A stretch of DNA of 64,000 bases, taken from contig MU054001.1 in the NCBI GenBank assembly GCA_013239625.1, forward strand, positions 6,931,078 to 6,995,077. Reading direction: 5' to 3'. Both the position numbers and the translations under genes were made by a program. Of this stretch, positions 1 through 11,153 are shown piece by piece; the first letter of the stretch is position 1; the number at the start of each line of letters is the position of its first letter. The stretch is from Lama guanicoe. Taxonomy: Eukaryota. The notes beneath the pieces are model-generated. The model had not been told where the DNA came from, did no database searches, and worked only from the letters and a program-made list of their open reading frames with translations.

Positions 1-1924
1 GATAAATACAGCTATAGGATAACATAGCAGATTCAGGAATCAATTTCCAATTTTTCTTCACCAAGGAACTAATTATTTGACTGTGGCAAAAAATACTTAT
101 TCTGGCTCAGCCTAGAACCTCTATTATGTAACTCACATGTTTTTTTGTTCTCAAGTGTTTGCTTCATATGTTAGGACACTCATTATTGTAGTTGTGATCT
201 TTGAGCAATGGACAAAATTGTTACTCTCCAATACGCTTTTGCAAAATGGTGCTTGTATGATGCTGCATCTCTAACCTGAGTGTTTAGGGCATTTATTTGG
301 TGGCAGTGTTCTCCATGGCAGTAGTCCTCAATCTGGGAAATGAAAAGAACTTCCAGGGGAATACAAAGGTACCAATATTCTTTTTAACACTTTTATGAGA
401 TACAATTCACATACCATACAATTCACCTAGTTAAAGTGTACCTTTTGGTTGTTTTTGGTATGTTATATTATTTTAAGAAATTATGATAAAATATGCAGAG
501 CAAAATTTGCCATTTTTAAGGGTACAATTCAGTGGCATTAATTACATTAACAGTGGCAACCATTATCATCATCTGTTTCTAAGACTTCTTTGTCACTCCA
601 AATAGAAACTATGTAACTGTTAGGAGAAACTATGTTACTTACTCATTTACAATATGAAAGTCTCCAGTTAATCTACATTTGCCTACACTATAGTTCTTGG
701 TTCTTTAGAAATATACTTTTGTAACTTTTGTCTTATACTTCCTCCCTTGTGGCTTAAAAAAAATTTTTTTTTACCCTGTGTTTTCAATTTATGGGAGTTC
801 ATGGCCCTTCTCTTAAGGTTGAGTCCTAAAGATTATCCTTAGAATCTCTTACTAAACTAATATCAACTTTCTAGAATAGAAAAACTAGTTGCTTCAGATT
901 GATCAGAAATCTACTCTTGGCTCAGTCAGAAATGACCAGCTGAGTGGGGACTAGAATCCCACAGTACAGACATGGCTGCTGAGAGTCTGCTGATGTAGAC
1001 CGTGTCAGGGTCATTCCTGGAAAAGGCAGAATGTTTACTAGCCTGATACACATCCAAGAGGTGCTTTCTACACTGTAGACTAAAGCACTGGAAAAAGTTA
1101 TGATGTTCTTGTAAACAAGATGGAGAAACATGAACTGAATCCTGGAGAATCGGGTACAATTGTAAGTAATTCAACAACCAGATCCAAGGAGGGTGAACTG
1201 ATGTTAGCCTGAATGTAGGTCATTAGTGATGAGCTGAAGGGCTTTGCTCACCCTGCCCTGATTTTAGCTTTTCTCTCCTAGAATGCAAGTGAACACATGA
1301 ACAGAGGCTATGGTCCTTGCTTCCTTGGCGTTATCAGGCCACATTAAGAAAATGGTAGTCATTTGTCATTTTGTGGCCACCCTTAACTCCCCTTCCTGGT
1401 ATACTATCCCCCATTCATGATGGGATGGTAAGTCCAGGGGGCTCCCATTGGATCTCCCCTGGGAATGAGTAATGCAAAGATGGGGAAATGGCTGGTATTC
1501 ACTCATCCCTCCCCTCCCCCTCCCAGCCTTTTCTCTAGTCTCTTCTCCTGAAACCCTCAGTTAGTGAGCATTGTACTTTGGAATTTTATCTGTTCTTTCA
1601 CATTTTCTCTTTTTATTCTATGCTCTAGGGGACTTCCTCTATTTAACCTTATGATTTGTAAACATTTTATTTCAGCTATCGTATTTTAAATTTTTAGTTG
1701 CTTCTCTGATTATTCTTTTTTCAAATCAACCTCCTCTGGTTTTATAAAATCTTTCTTAAATCTCTCTGACTCAAGTTTTCTTCTATTGCCTGATTGTCAT
1801 TGTTTCCACCAGAATTTGTTTTTCACGTTTCTCTATCTTGGTCTTTCCTTCTCAAGCTGCTGGATCTGCTAATATCTTCAGGATCTTTGTTGCTTGTCTG
1901 GTCATATTTAAGAAAGAAGTTCCA

Positions 1925-2736
1925 GCAACAAGATGGCGGACGAGAGAGACAGGGAAAGCACAGAAATAGCAGTAGCAGAATTGCACAAAAAAATCAAAGA
2001 AGCTTTTGAAGTGTTTGACCAAGAGTCAAATAATACAGTGGATGTGAGAGAGATCGGGACAATTATCAGGTCATTAGGATGCTGCCCTAGTGAAGGAGAG
2101 CTACACGATCTGATTGCAGAGGTAGAGGAAGAAGAACCCACTGGATACTTTTGGTATGAAAAATTTCTTCCAGTGATGACTGAAGTTCTACTGGAAAGAA
2201 GATACAGACCAATTCCAGAAGATATCCTTCTTCGAGCTTTTGAGGTATTAGATCCAGCTAAACGTGGGTTTCTTTCTAAGGAAGAGCTGATCAAGTATAT
2301 GACTGAAGAAGGTGAGCCCTTTTCTCAGGAGGAAATGGAAGAAATGTTGTCTGCTGTAATTGATCCAGAATCGAATACAATTCATTACAAGGACTACATA
2401 GCAATGATGGTGATAGATGAAAATTAAGCACTAAAGACTTCATTTCTAATTGAAAGGATAATTTTAAAAATTGCTTGACCTTGTTAATTTCACATTTTAT
2501 CTTATAATTCCTATATATGCTGATTAATGCCTTGTGACAACTACTTCAATATATTTTGTTTTTTAAAGATAATCATAACAATTTAAAACAAATTTATTTA
2601 GTGTGTTTAGCCTTATGGAATGACAAATTGCTAATTATTTTAAAACTGTTCTTAAAACATTTTAACATTATCCATGGACTGTTGTTAACATTCTCCAATA
2701 AAACCCAGATTACTTTCAAGTTAAAAAAAAAAAAAA
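1925..2736 (+). pseudogene. EFCAB2: Processed retrocopy of EFCAB2 (DRC8) mRNA: 8-nt 5'UTR remnant, full ORF, 3'UTR and poly(A); retrogene or young processed pseudogene
   Basis: Intronless; AATAAA at 2697-2702; A14 at 2723-2736; identical 15-bp TSD AAGAAAGAAGTTCCA at 1910-1924 and 2735-2749; left junction TTT|AAGA resembles an L1 endonuclease site. Confidence 0.93.
1933..2427 (+). CDS. EFCAB2: Intact 164-aa EFCAB2/DRC8-like EF-hand (calmodulin-like) protein ORF within the retrocopy
   Basis: MADERDRE...KKIKEAFEVFDQESNNTVDVREIGTIIRSLGCCP...MMVIDEN matches EFCAB2 end to end (from recall); good Kozak context AAGATGG; no stop or frameshift. Expression unknown. Confidence 0.7.
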   Translation: MADERDRESTEIAVAELHKKIKEAFEVFDQESNNTVDVREIGTIIRSLGCCPSEGELHDLIAEVEEEEPTGYFWYEKFLPVMTEVLLERRYRPIPEDILLRAFEVLDPAKRGFLSKEELIKYMTEEGEPFSQEEMEEMLSAVIDPESNTIHYKDYIAMMVIDEN

Positions 2737-3281
2737 GAAAGAAGTTCCACGTAAAAAGGGTGACATCTCCCCAGTGAGAATTCTGAGTGGGTACTCTGGA
2801 TGTGAGGAGTTAGGGAGTTGAGTGGGAACTCATTTTTAGGCTGAGCCCACCTGCTGGCCAGAATGAGCAGCTTTTGACTAAAAACATTAGATGCTGCAAT
2901 ACGGATTGTTTAATTTCTTTAAAAGAACTGTCAGGGACTTGTTTGTTTACTTTTGCCTGAGGATAAATGCCAGCTGCCTGTACTTGCTGGGTGTGTGTAT
3001 GAGGGAAGGACTGGGACTGGAGAGTGGAAGCAGGTGGTAGAGAAATCAGGTGGGTACACTTGATCCGCCGTCAGAGCTTGCCCGGTTCCCCAGGCTGACT
3101 GGCAGCCCTCCTCTGCAGCCCTCGTAGTTTGTCTGGGGCCGGCTGTCTAAGGCCTTCTTTATCTGTTAACCCTGTCCCATCAACTTTCTGGCTTCCAGAT
3201 ACATGCTGACTATCTCATTCTCAAGTGACACCCCCTTACTCTGTTCCCATTTGGGTATGGGTTTATTCTTTTTTATCCCCT

Positions 3282-3409
3282 GGGAGTAGGTAATTAGGTT
3301 TATTTCTTTGTGTATTAAAAAAAATTTTTTTTTTGATGGAGTTTCTGAGATTGAACCCAGGACCTCCTGCATGCTAAGCATTCACTCTACCACTGAGCTA
3401 TACCCTCCC
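3282..3409 (-). mobile_element. tRNA-derived SINE, camelid Vic-1 type
   Basis: Reverse complement reads GGGAGGGTATAGCTCAGTGGTAGAG...GGTCCTGGGTTCAATC (A/B boxes), followed by an A-rich ...AAACCTAATTACC tail. Confidence 0.85.
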
Positions 3410-5106
3410 TCGCTCCTTTTTGCACTTCTGTTCCTTTAATACAAAGAGTCAAGGCAGAGCGAGCATGTCTGGTTCATAAAAGTTCAACAACAACAACAAC
3501 ATACATTTATTGTTTGTTGTCTTGCAAGTATTATTTCTAGCAAAAGATCTGTAAACTAATGTAATGTTTCCATTAATTAAATAATTTATTTTTTACTATT
3601 TAAAAGAGTATACAAGTAATATACAAAAACATGCTTCTCATTAAAGTGCGACTACAAAAGCATGTAGACTATAAAAAGAAATTGGCTTTTCCCTGCTAGT
3701 TCTCCTCACGCTATTACTGCTCTTTTCCCGGGAAGTAACTGGTGTTAATAATTGGGTATATATCCTTGACTACTGTGAATGTATTTATATATCTGTGTCT
3801 GTCTGGTTATCAGGTTGTTTATCTTTTTTATTTAGATAGGATCAAGTTTCATATGTTGTTTTGTGAATTTTAACTTGACTGTGGCCTTGGATAGTTTTTC
3901 ATGGTAGTAGGTGTAGAGCTATCATTCTTTTCCCTACTGGTTGACATGTAAGTAATTTGCAGTTTTTCTTTTTCAAAAAGGCAAAATCTATTACTTTGCT
4001 GTTTCACTGACCTGTAGCATGATTTCCACCCAAACTGAGAAATCCTTGTCGTATCTGTAAAGAATCCCAGTGGATTAAACTGAAAAACCCAGTTGGGTGA
4101 ACTATAGCAAGTTGAACAGATCATAATATATGATAACATTTAGAAGTGCAGTGCTAAAACCTCTTTATTAAAGTTCATGCTGTCCTATCCCAGCTAATGA
4201 ATGGAACAGAATCAAATCACATTTATTTTGCTAAGAGTTAAGGAGGAAAACCAGCTTGTATGTCATTTGTCAAACATATTAATAAATGCCCAGGTTTAAA
4301 AGTCCTTGTTTTTTGCCTACTGTTCTTTTCCTGCCTATTTTTCTTAGTTTATTCTCCATACTCTAAGCTTCTGATTTATTGGTCGTTCTTTTTGCTATAG
4401 GTCTTGAAACTGGAGTAAATTTAATCTCAAAAGAACCATCAGAGTGTTAATTTCCAGATGATCCATACTTACAACAATGTATAGGAACATCTGTTGACAA
4501 AAAAATATATTTTGGGAATATATTTTGGGCATCCAGATCCACACCTGCCCTGGAGAAAGGTCACAGCCTCTACTTCTGAAGAGCAGAAATCCTTCTGCGT
4601 GGCCGGTTCTGGCAGGCCTTTGTTATCATTCCATACTGAAAGATTTTGAGAGTTCTACTAAGCTTGGTTAGCACTGACTTCCCTTGGCTCTGTGGCAGAA
4701 TGACCCCCACCCCCAAGCCACCCCTGTTTTCACATTTCTTCATCTGTAGAAGCCTGGCGTCACTGGCCTCCCTTCTATAAGATCAGATCAGAACTCCAGC
4801 ATACACTCTGCTTTTAGCAACAAGGGCAGCAGCCACCATTCGCATCACACTAAACTAAGTTTGGGTACTGTTGTATGAGTTTCACATCCGTTACCTTATC
4901 TAATGCTCAAAGTAATCCCACACGTTAGGCTTAGAGCGGTTAAGGTACTTGCTTAAGTGAGAAGTAGAGCTGGGCTCCAACCTGGGTCTGCCTAGCACCA
5001 AAGCTTGAGCTCTGAACCTCTGTGCTACGTATTCACCACTCAGCCAGGGAACCCTCATGAGTGCAGGAGAAGAGAGGCCTGGAGGCACTACCCACTAGAG
5101 GAGTGA

Positions 5107-5570
5107 TGTGGGAGGCCAGATGAAGGCCCCCCAAAAGATACTTACGTCCTCATCCGTGGAACCCATGAATGTTTCATTACATGGCGAAAAAGGACTTTGC
5201 AAATGTGATTAAGCTTATCTTGGATTTTCCAGGTGGGCCCTAAATACAGTCACATATGTCATCATAAAAGGGAGGAAGGAGATCTGACACACACACAGAA
5301 GAGTTGGTAAGGCATTGTGATCGTGGGGGCAGAGGCTGCAATGATGAGGCCACAGACCAAGGAATGCCAGCTGCTACCCAAAACTGGAAAAGGTAAGGAA
5401 CGATTTCCCCTGGAGCCTCGGGAGAAAGCACAGCCTGGCTGACACTGTGGTTTGGCCCAGTGATACTGGTTTCAGACTCTGGTCTCCAGAACTGTGAGAG
5501 AATAGATTTCTGTTGTTTTAAGCTACTAAGTTTGTGGTAGTGTTACGGCAATCATAGGAAACTAAATATA
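5107..5570 (+). mobile_element. MaLR LTR (MLT1C/D-like) solo LTR
   Basis: Typical MLT1 blocks: GGACTTTGCAAATGTGATTAAG, CCAAGGAATGCC, CTCCAGAACTGTGAGAGAATA...TTTCTGTTGTTTTAAG...GGAAACTAA. Subfamily and boundaries approximate. Confidence 0.75.
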
Positions 5571-5662
5571 GTGACTCTGTGACCTCTCTAGGCCAGTTTC
5601 CTTATGGGTAAAAGGAGGATATTAATGGTAATACCTAGAGTTTTTAAAAAGTGAATGTAAGT

Positions 5663-5780
5663 GGGGAGGGTATAGCTCAAGTGGTAGAGCACATAGCATA
5701 CACAAGGTCCTAGGCTCAATCCCCACTACCTCCCTTAAAAATAAATAAAATAAATAAACCTAACTACATCCCCCCTTAAA
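5663..5780 (+). mobile_element. tRNA-derived SINE, camelid Vic-1 type, inserted in a MIR-like element
   Basis: GGGGAGGGTATAGCTCAAGTGGTAGAGC head; TSD AAAAAGTGAATGTAAGT (5646-5662) / AAAAAGTGAGTGTAAAT (5781-5797). Confidence 0.88.
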
Positions 5781-8700
5781 AAAAAGTGAGTGTAAATGAG
5801 AGGCAGGGTGCCTGGCACAAGGGAAATGCTGGACAGAGATAATTATTACTCACAGAGTCCGACAGAAGTCCGGATCGTGTGCTTTGGGAGCACGTGGGAA
5901 GGGAGGGCAGCTAACCCCGCCTCTAGTTCACATTATGCACATGATCACCCAGTAAGGATAACAAGGCCTTTTAGAAGCAAAGAAATTGAAATCAATTAAA
6001 AATGACAGTGTACAGCATTTCTTGAAATGGCAGAGAGTTCACGCACACACAAAATCTCCACCTCCAGTTTCTAAAAGTGACTGCAACCATCGGAGAAACA
6101 CTTTTCAGTGGTAACTCTTATTACCTGGTGGATGTCCCAGCAACTTTTTTTTTTCCTGGAGGTGATTCTGAATGGTCATTCCAGGACACATTCATTAATG
6201 AATCATAAAAATAAACACTGCAAATGGAAACTGGAAGTGTAAATTCAGTTGCCTATCAGGAATGTAATCAGTGACCATCACACTTTGCTCTATTGTCCAT
6301 AGAAATGAGCAGAGGGAGGGCTGGAGGGAGGGCTGGACGGGTCTGGGGGCCTGGGTCCCAGGCAGGTAAGGATTATTTCTGCCAGAGGGCTGGACTGGAG
6401 CCGAGCCAGAGAGTGTGCCTTTGAACTGTTCCGTTTGTTCACCTGGCTCTTGGAGAGACGTCACTGCCTTCATTATGGGTCGCTCTGGGCTAGTAATGGG
6501 GGAGTTAGCAGCGTGGCCTGGAGTGGCTCTCAGCAGGCTGGTGCCAGCTGACACACGCCACTTAGGTTTCCAAGGAGCCAAGCTGTCCCCACTCACGCAT
6601 GGCTGATGCACTTGTGGCTAAATGCGGTGCAGCCAGGGCCCCAGGCCAGATTCAGGGCAGGAAATAGAATGCCACCTCCATCACCAGGGAAACAATGGCC
6701 TGTGTGCATGATTTAAACCGAGGCCGAGAAAGCTCAAAGGCACGGTCAGCAGAGGAAGGGAGGAAGGGAGACCAGAGAGTGGTTTGCATGGATTTTGTCT
6801 TGGGTTATTACCGTTGACAAGCCACTTAGCTGCCCCCGTGTTTAAGTTTATCTGCGAATAAGATGGAGGTAACAATATTTACGCATCTCACTGGGGACTT
6901 ATGAAAACAGCATTTCTGACAGACCACTCAGGATCCATGGATGAAAGGTGGTATGTAAGTGCAGATGATAAACTTACTGTGTGTGGCTGTTTTCAGCACG
7001 TGCATTAGGGACATGTAGGCCTTCTGGAAAACACATTTATTTAGCATCTGATTAAAAAAATGGTAATAAATAACTAACAATTTTAAGTGCATGGATTTGT
7101 CTTTGGTTTTGCACAGGTTTAGGGGAACTGCATGTATAATTCAGACTTCAGAACTGTTTTCAAACATTGCTGTGATTAGTAATCCTTATGAGTGCTTAAA
7201 ATCATCTGAGAATGCCATAGGTGCTGATTGCTTCCAAATATTTGCCAACTTTGCTGTAAAATACTCCCAAATTAATCTACCTCGTAGTTTATGAGTTGCA
7301 CATGGAGTCTTGAAATTTGTTCCCAAGTCGAAAGGGGCAAAAATCTATTTAAAAAGCAAAGTGCAAAAAGGAATTGTTGCTCTGTCCCCCGGGGGTTTAC
7401 TATCTGAGGAGTCCTCTGAGTTACATATACGTGTGTTCTGTTCATTTAAGGCTAAGCAGTTGGCCTCAGACCTCCCTATAAGGTTGTTAAATGTTGTTTT
7501 CTGTCATCTGGGTGCCTGAGGGAGTCTCTCTCTCTCTGTTCTTGGTTAATTAAACCTCTCTCTGGTGTATATTGTCTGTCTAGAATAATTCCTGTGGGTC
7601 CAGGTGAATGGTGACTATTATAGAAAAACAAACTTGTTTAATAACACAAATAACACACTTAAAATTAGAATAATTATATAAATGAAATATAGAAAATATA
7701 GATCACTTGCAATTCTCTCATGCAGAATTAGCCGTTACTAGTATATATGTATATTAGACGAAGGTGGGATTCTAATGTATGCACCTGCTGGTTTGCGACT
7801 TGCTCTGGGGTAGGTCTTCACCTCTTGGATCTGGGAGGAACATCACAGATGCTCAGAGCCTGGGCCACAGAGGGAAGGGGTCCTGCTTCTGTGGCAGGCT
7901 TGCAGGGTGGTGGAATGAGGGCCTTGGAACCTCAGTCGCACTTGCAAAAGAACTTTCAAAGGCTTCTCTCGGATGTCACTCCGCTTCCTTAGTGCTCCTG
8001 TGTTTTGACAACAGCATACATCCCAGAACTGGTAAACACTTGCTGATTTGAGCTTCTGTGGGGATGATGATCCCCTTCCCTCCCAATCCATTTGCACCCT
8101 GCTGTCAAGTCCATCCATTCCCCTTCTCCCTTTACTCATACTAACAGAACTTGATTAAGGCATGGTTTACATGCAGCGCAATAAGCAATGCACAAATCTT
8201 CCAGCCTATTGAATTCAACGCTGCCAACCTGGATTATGAGTGTACCAATGTAGCCACCAACCAGGGTACAAAGTATCTCCAACATTCCAAAAGTGGCTTT
8301 GTGTTCCCTCTGCGTCAATCCCCTACCCCTAGGTAATCATTCCATCCATTCTTAGGTACTAATTTTATCATGTTATTTCCCTCTTTCCATAGGATTATTG
8401 TCCCTGTATCTTGCTGCTTCGAGTCTAAATGTCTCTTCCTGATTTTCCAGGTCCACTTTCTTAAGGGTCCTACCGGCTGAATGATTTGGGCCTCCACTGA
8501 CGCCTCCTGGCTGGAGGCCAGTCCTGCCAGCTCCACCTGGAGCTTTGTTCATGAGGGCACCCTCACTCAAACTCCTCACTCAAACTGCCCTTTCCTTGGC
8601 CTCCTGAATCTCACCATCCTTTAAGGCTCAGTTCAAGTCCTGTTCCCTCCAAGAAGTCCTCTCACTTTGGCAAAATTTTTTCCAGTTTCTTTACTTCCCT

Positions 8701-9301
8701 CTTACACCCTTAACATGTGTTAGCTGACATCATGTGACTGACCTGCTGCAAAGATTGGAGCCGTGGAAGTGGAAGGCAGGCCACTACGCCTTTCCTGCTT
8801 CTCATTTCGCTGATCGTTCACATGCTGCATCCACAGTTTCCAAACCCTCCTTGCTTTTCTCACCCGTTCTCTTGCATCATGGGGCAGGTCTCCTGCTCCC
8901 CAACCCCAGACCCTGCTCCCTATCTCTTCCCCTCTTTCCTTCCCCACTCTTGGTGCTGTTACCCAGATCACCAAATTCTCTCCTCCAGACCACAGGTTCT
9001 ACCCATTCTACAGATTTGACACCCAAAATCCTGAGACCAGCCTCTCCTCAGAGGGTAGGGATTGAGGGGGAGAATTTGGGCAGATGAAGCTGGAATTCTT
9101 TCTATCAGATACAGGATGGCTGGAAACACTGCTACATCATATAATTTTGCCCCATCCCACCCACATCCTTCGTGCCCAGGAGTTAGTGACTGTCCCACTT
9201 TGTCTGATGTTCCAGTATGTTAACCTTGCTCCCATCCAGACTTTCTGAGTCCCCCTGCCACAAACAGAGCTCTGAGCTCATAAGACTCAGCACAATCAAG
9301 G

Positions 9302-9478
9302 GGTTTAAATAAGATACTGCAACTAAAGTGCTTAGCGCAGGTCTGCCTGTGATCAGGCTCAGAAAAGTGAGCTAATGTCAAAAGCCCCTTCTCTGATTCC
9401 TGTCAGTCAGGCCAGGTGAGTTGAGGTCCCAAAGTGATTGTGATTGTGCACGTGCATGTGTGTGTGTGTGTCTGTGGT
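9302..9478 (+). repeat. Copy 1 of a local ~170-bp diverged duplication
   Basis: Aligns by eye with 10982-11153 (GGTTTAAATAAGA..., CAGAAAAGTRAGCTAATRTCAAAAG, CCTTCTCTGRTTCCTGTCAGYCAGGCCAGGTGAGTTGRGGTCC). Confidence 0.8.
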
Positions 9479-10608
9479 CAGAAACCCTACCTACTGCAGC
9501 GAACACAGGTCCTGGAGCCAAGGCGCAGCTCTGTGCTGACTCTCCTGGGGAGACCCAATCTCTTCATGAGTAAAATAGGAGTCAATCCATCCACCTCAGG
9601 TGACCGTACACGTGAGCACGTGTCAAAGCAGTTTGCAGGCAGGGACGCAGTACCCGTGTGGGCTGTGACAAGGGCAGGCAACACAGGGTGTTGGCATGAA
9701 ACTGGCTGGCCTAGTTCCAATCTGCAAATATAATTGTGTTTCTGAATTGGCAGTTGGCAAATGCAGCCCCCCAGAGACAAAGTCAGGTTCTAGACAAGAT
9801 GTTTCAGTTAGACTCCCTTCAGCTGTAAGCAGACTCAGGAGTCTGGCTGCTTACATTTTCACACGGTCTTGCACTGACTTTGGAAAATGGCTTCAGCATT
9901 CCAAGCCTCAGCTTACTGGTTTGTGAAATGGGGATGATGGTCTCTTCCTCTTAGAATTCTTGTGAGGGCAAAGGTAATTTATGTAAAGATATAGCACACT
10001 GCCTGACACATAGAAGTGCTCGATAAATACTAGTGCTATAATTATTACCTAATAAGCGTTACTCTGTAAATGTTGAATGACTGAATAACTGCAGGGCTGG
10101 CTTTGGCTCCTGGAAGTGCTTTATGTTCTTCTCTGGTATTTTCAGGCTGATTCCATCTGACCTTGCTTGGCAGGGGACAGTTTGGACTAGGTGTGTGGGA
10201 AAGGAATTGACAAATTAAAAAGACTTCAACCAGGGGTAGGAATGCTGACTGCAGCAGACAGTGATGTCCTGGGAGCAAACCTGCCAGCCACCTGAGAGCT
10301 AGCAGGGAACTTCCCCAAGCCCAGGCCAGGTTTCCATGCAGCTGTCATTTCCCTCTGCTTCTTCAGAGAGGCCAGCTTGACTTTGGTTATATTCCCAAGC
10401 ACAGTTCCTGGATTCATCCTGGCAGGACTATGGCTATCTTTCTGGGTAGCCAGAGGAGACAAGCTGTCGACATTTTTCTATGAAAGAATAAGCAGCCAAT
10501 GCAGTATCTGGGGGGGGGGTGTCCCTGATCCGTGGGCCCCTCCTCATCTCAGACAACTATCAGAGCTGAGCCTGTGGGCAGAGGCCAGTTTCACTATACA
10601 TATACTCA

Positions 10609-10612
<4 letters not shown>

Positions 10613-10640
<28 letters not shown>
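10613..10640 (+). repeat. (CA)14 microsatellite
   Basis: Directly visible. Confidence 0.95.
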
Positions 10641-10645
<5 letters not shown>

Positions 10646-10981
10646 CTCAAGCCCACAGGGCAGGGTGGAGAGTTCCATGGCCACTCTGAAGGCAACCATT
10701 CTGCTATCTGGTCCTGTCTTTGCCTCTGACTTCCTGTGTGACCTTCAGAAGGTCCCTTCCTCTCTCTGGGTCTCAGATTCTCCATCTACAAAATGAGGGA
10801 GCTGATCCTTATAGCCTCTGAGGTCCTTCCTGTCTCTAAAAGTGGCAGAATGGCCTGAGTGATCAACCTGGGTTAGAATTCTGGCTGTGTGGCCTTGGGT
10901 AAGCCATTTAAGTTCTCTAGATTAATTCCCTCTATAAAACAGGGATGATAAAGAGTCATCTACCCTAGAGGTTTATAGCAA

Positions 10982-11153
10982 GGTTTAAATAAGACATTTG
11001 CACCTAAAGTGCTTAGCACAGGGTCCGCCCATGGTCAAGTTCAGAAAAGTAAGCTAATATCAAAAGTCTGCAGCTCCTTCTCTGGTTCCTGTCAGCCAGG
11101 CCAGGTGAGTTGGGGTCCTGGAGAGATAGGTGTGTGTATCTGTCTGTCTGTGG
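10982..11153 (+). repeat. Copy 2 of the local ~170-bp diverged duplication (5' part is a MIR tail)
   Basis: Aligns by eye with 9302-9478. Confidence 0.8.

Noticed and set aside
860..1340. Non-repetitive-looking stretch with an acceptor-like site at ~1280
   Set aside because: No convincing donor, ORF or recognisable homology; an exon call cannot be supported.
1908..2294. 128-aa minus-strand ORF
   Set aside because: Antisense shadow of the EFCAB2 retrocopy.
5663..5735. tRNA-like sequence (also at ~3340-3409 and ~27975-28049)
   Set aside because: SINE heads with A-rich tails (two with TSDs), not tRNA genes.
6815..6900. Additional NKX2-5/GATA-like motifs
   Set aside because: They fall in a MIR-like segment where such words are common; not counted as enhancer evidence.
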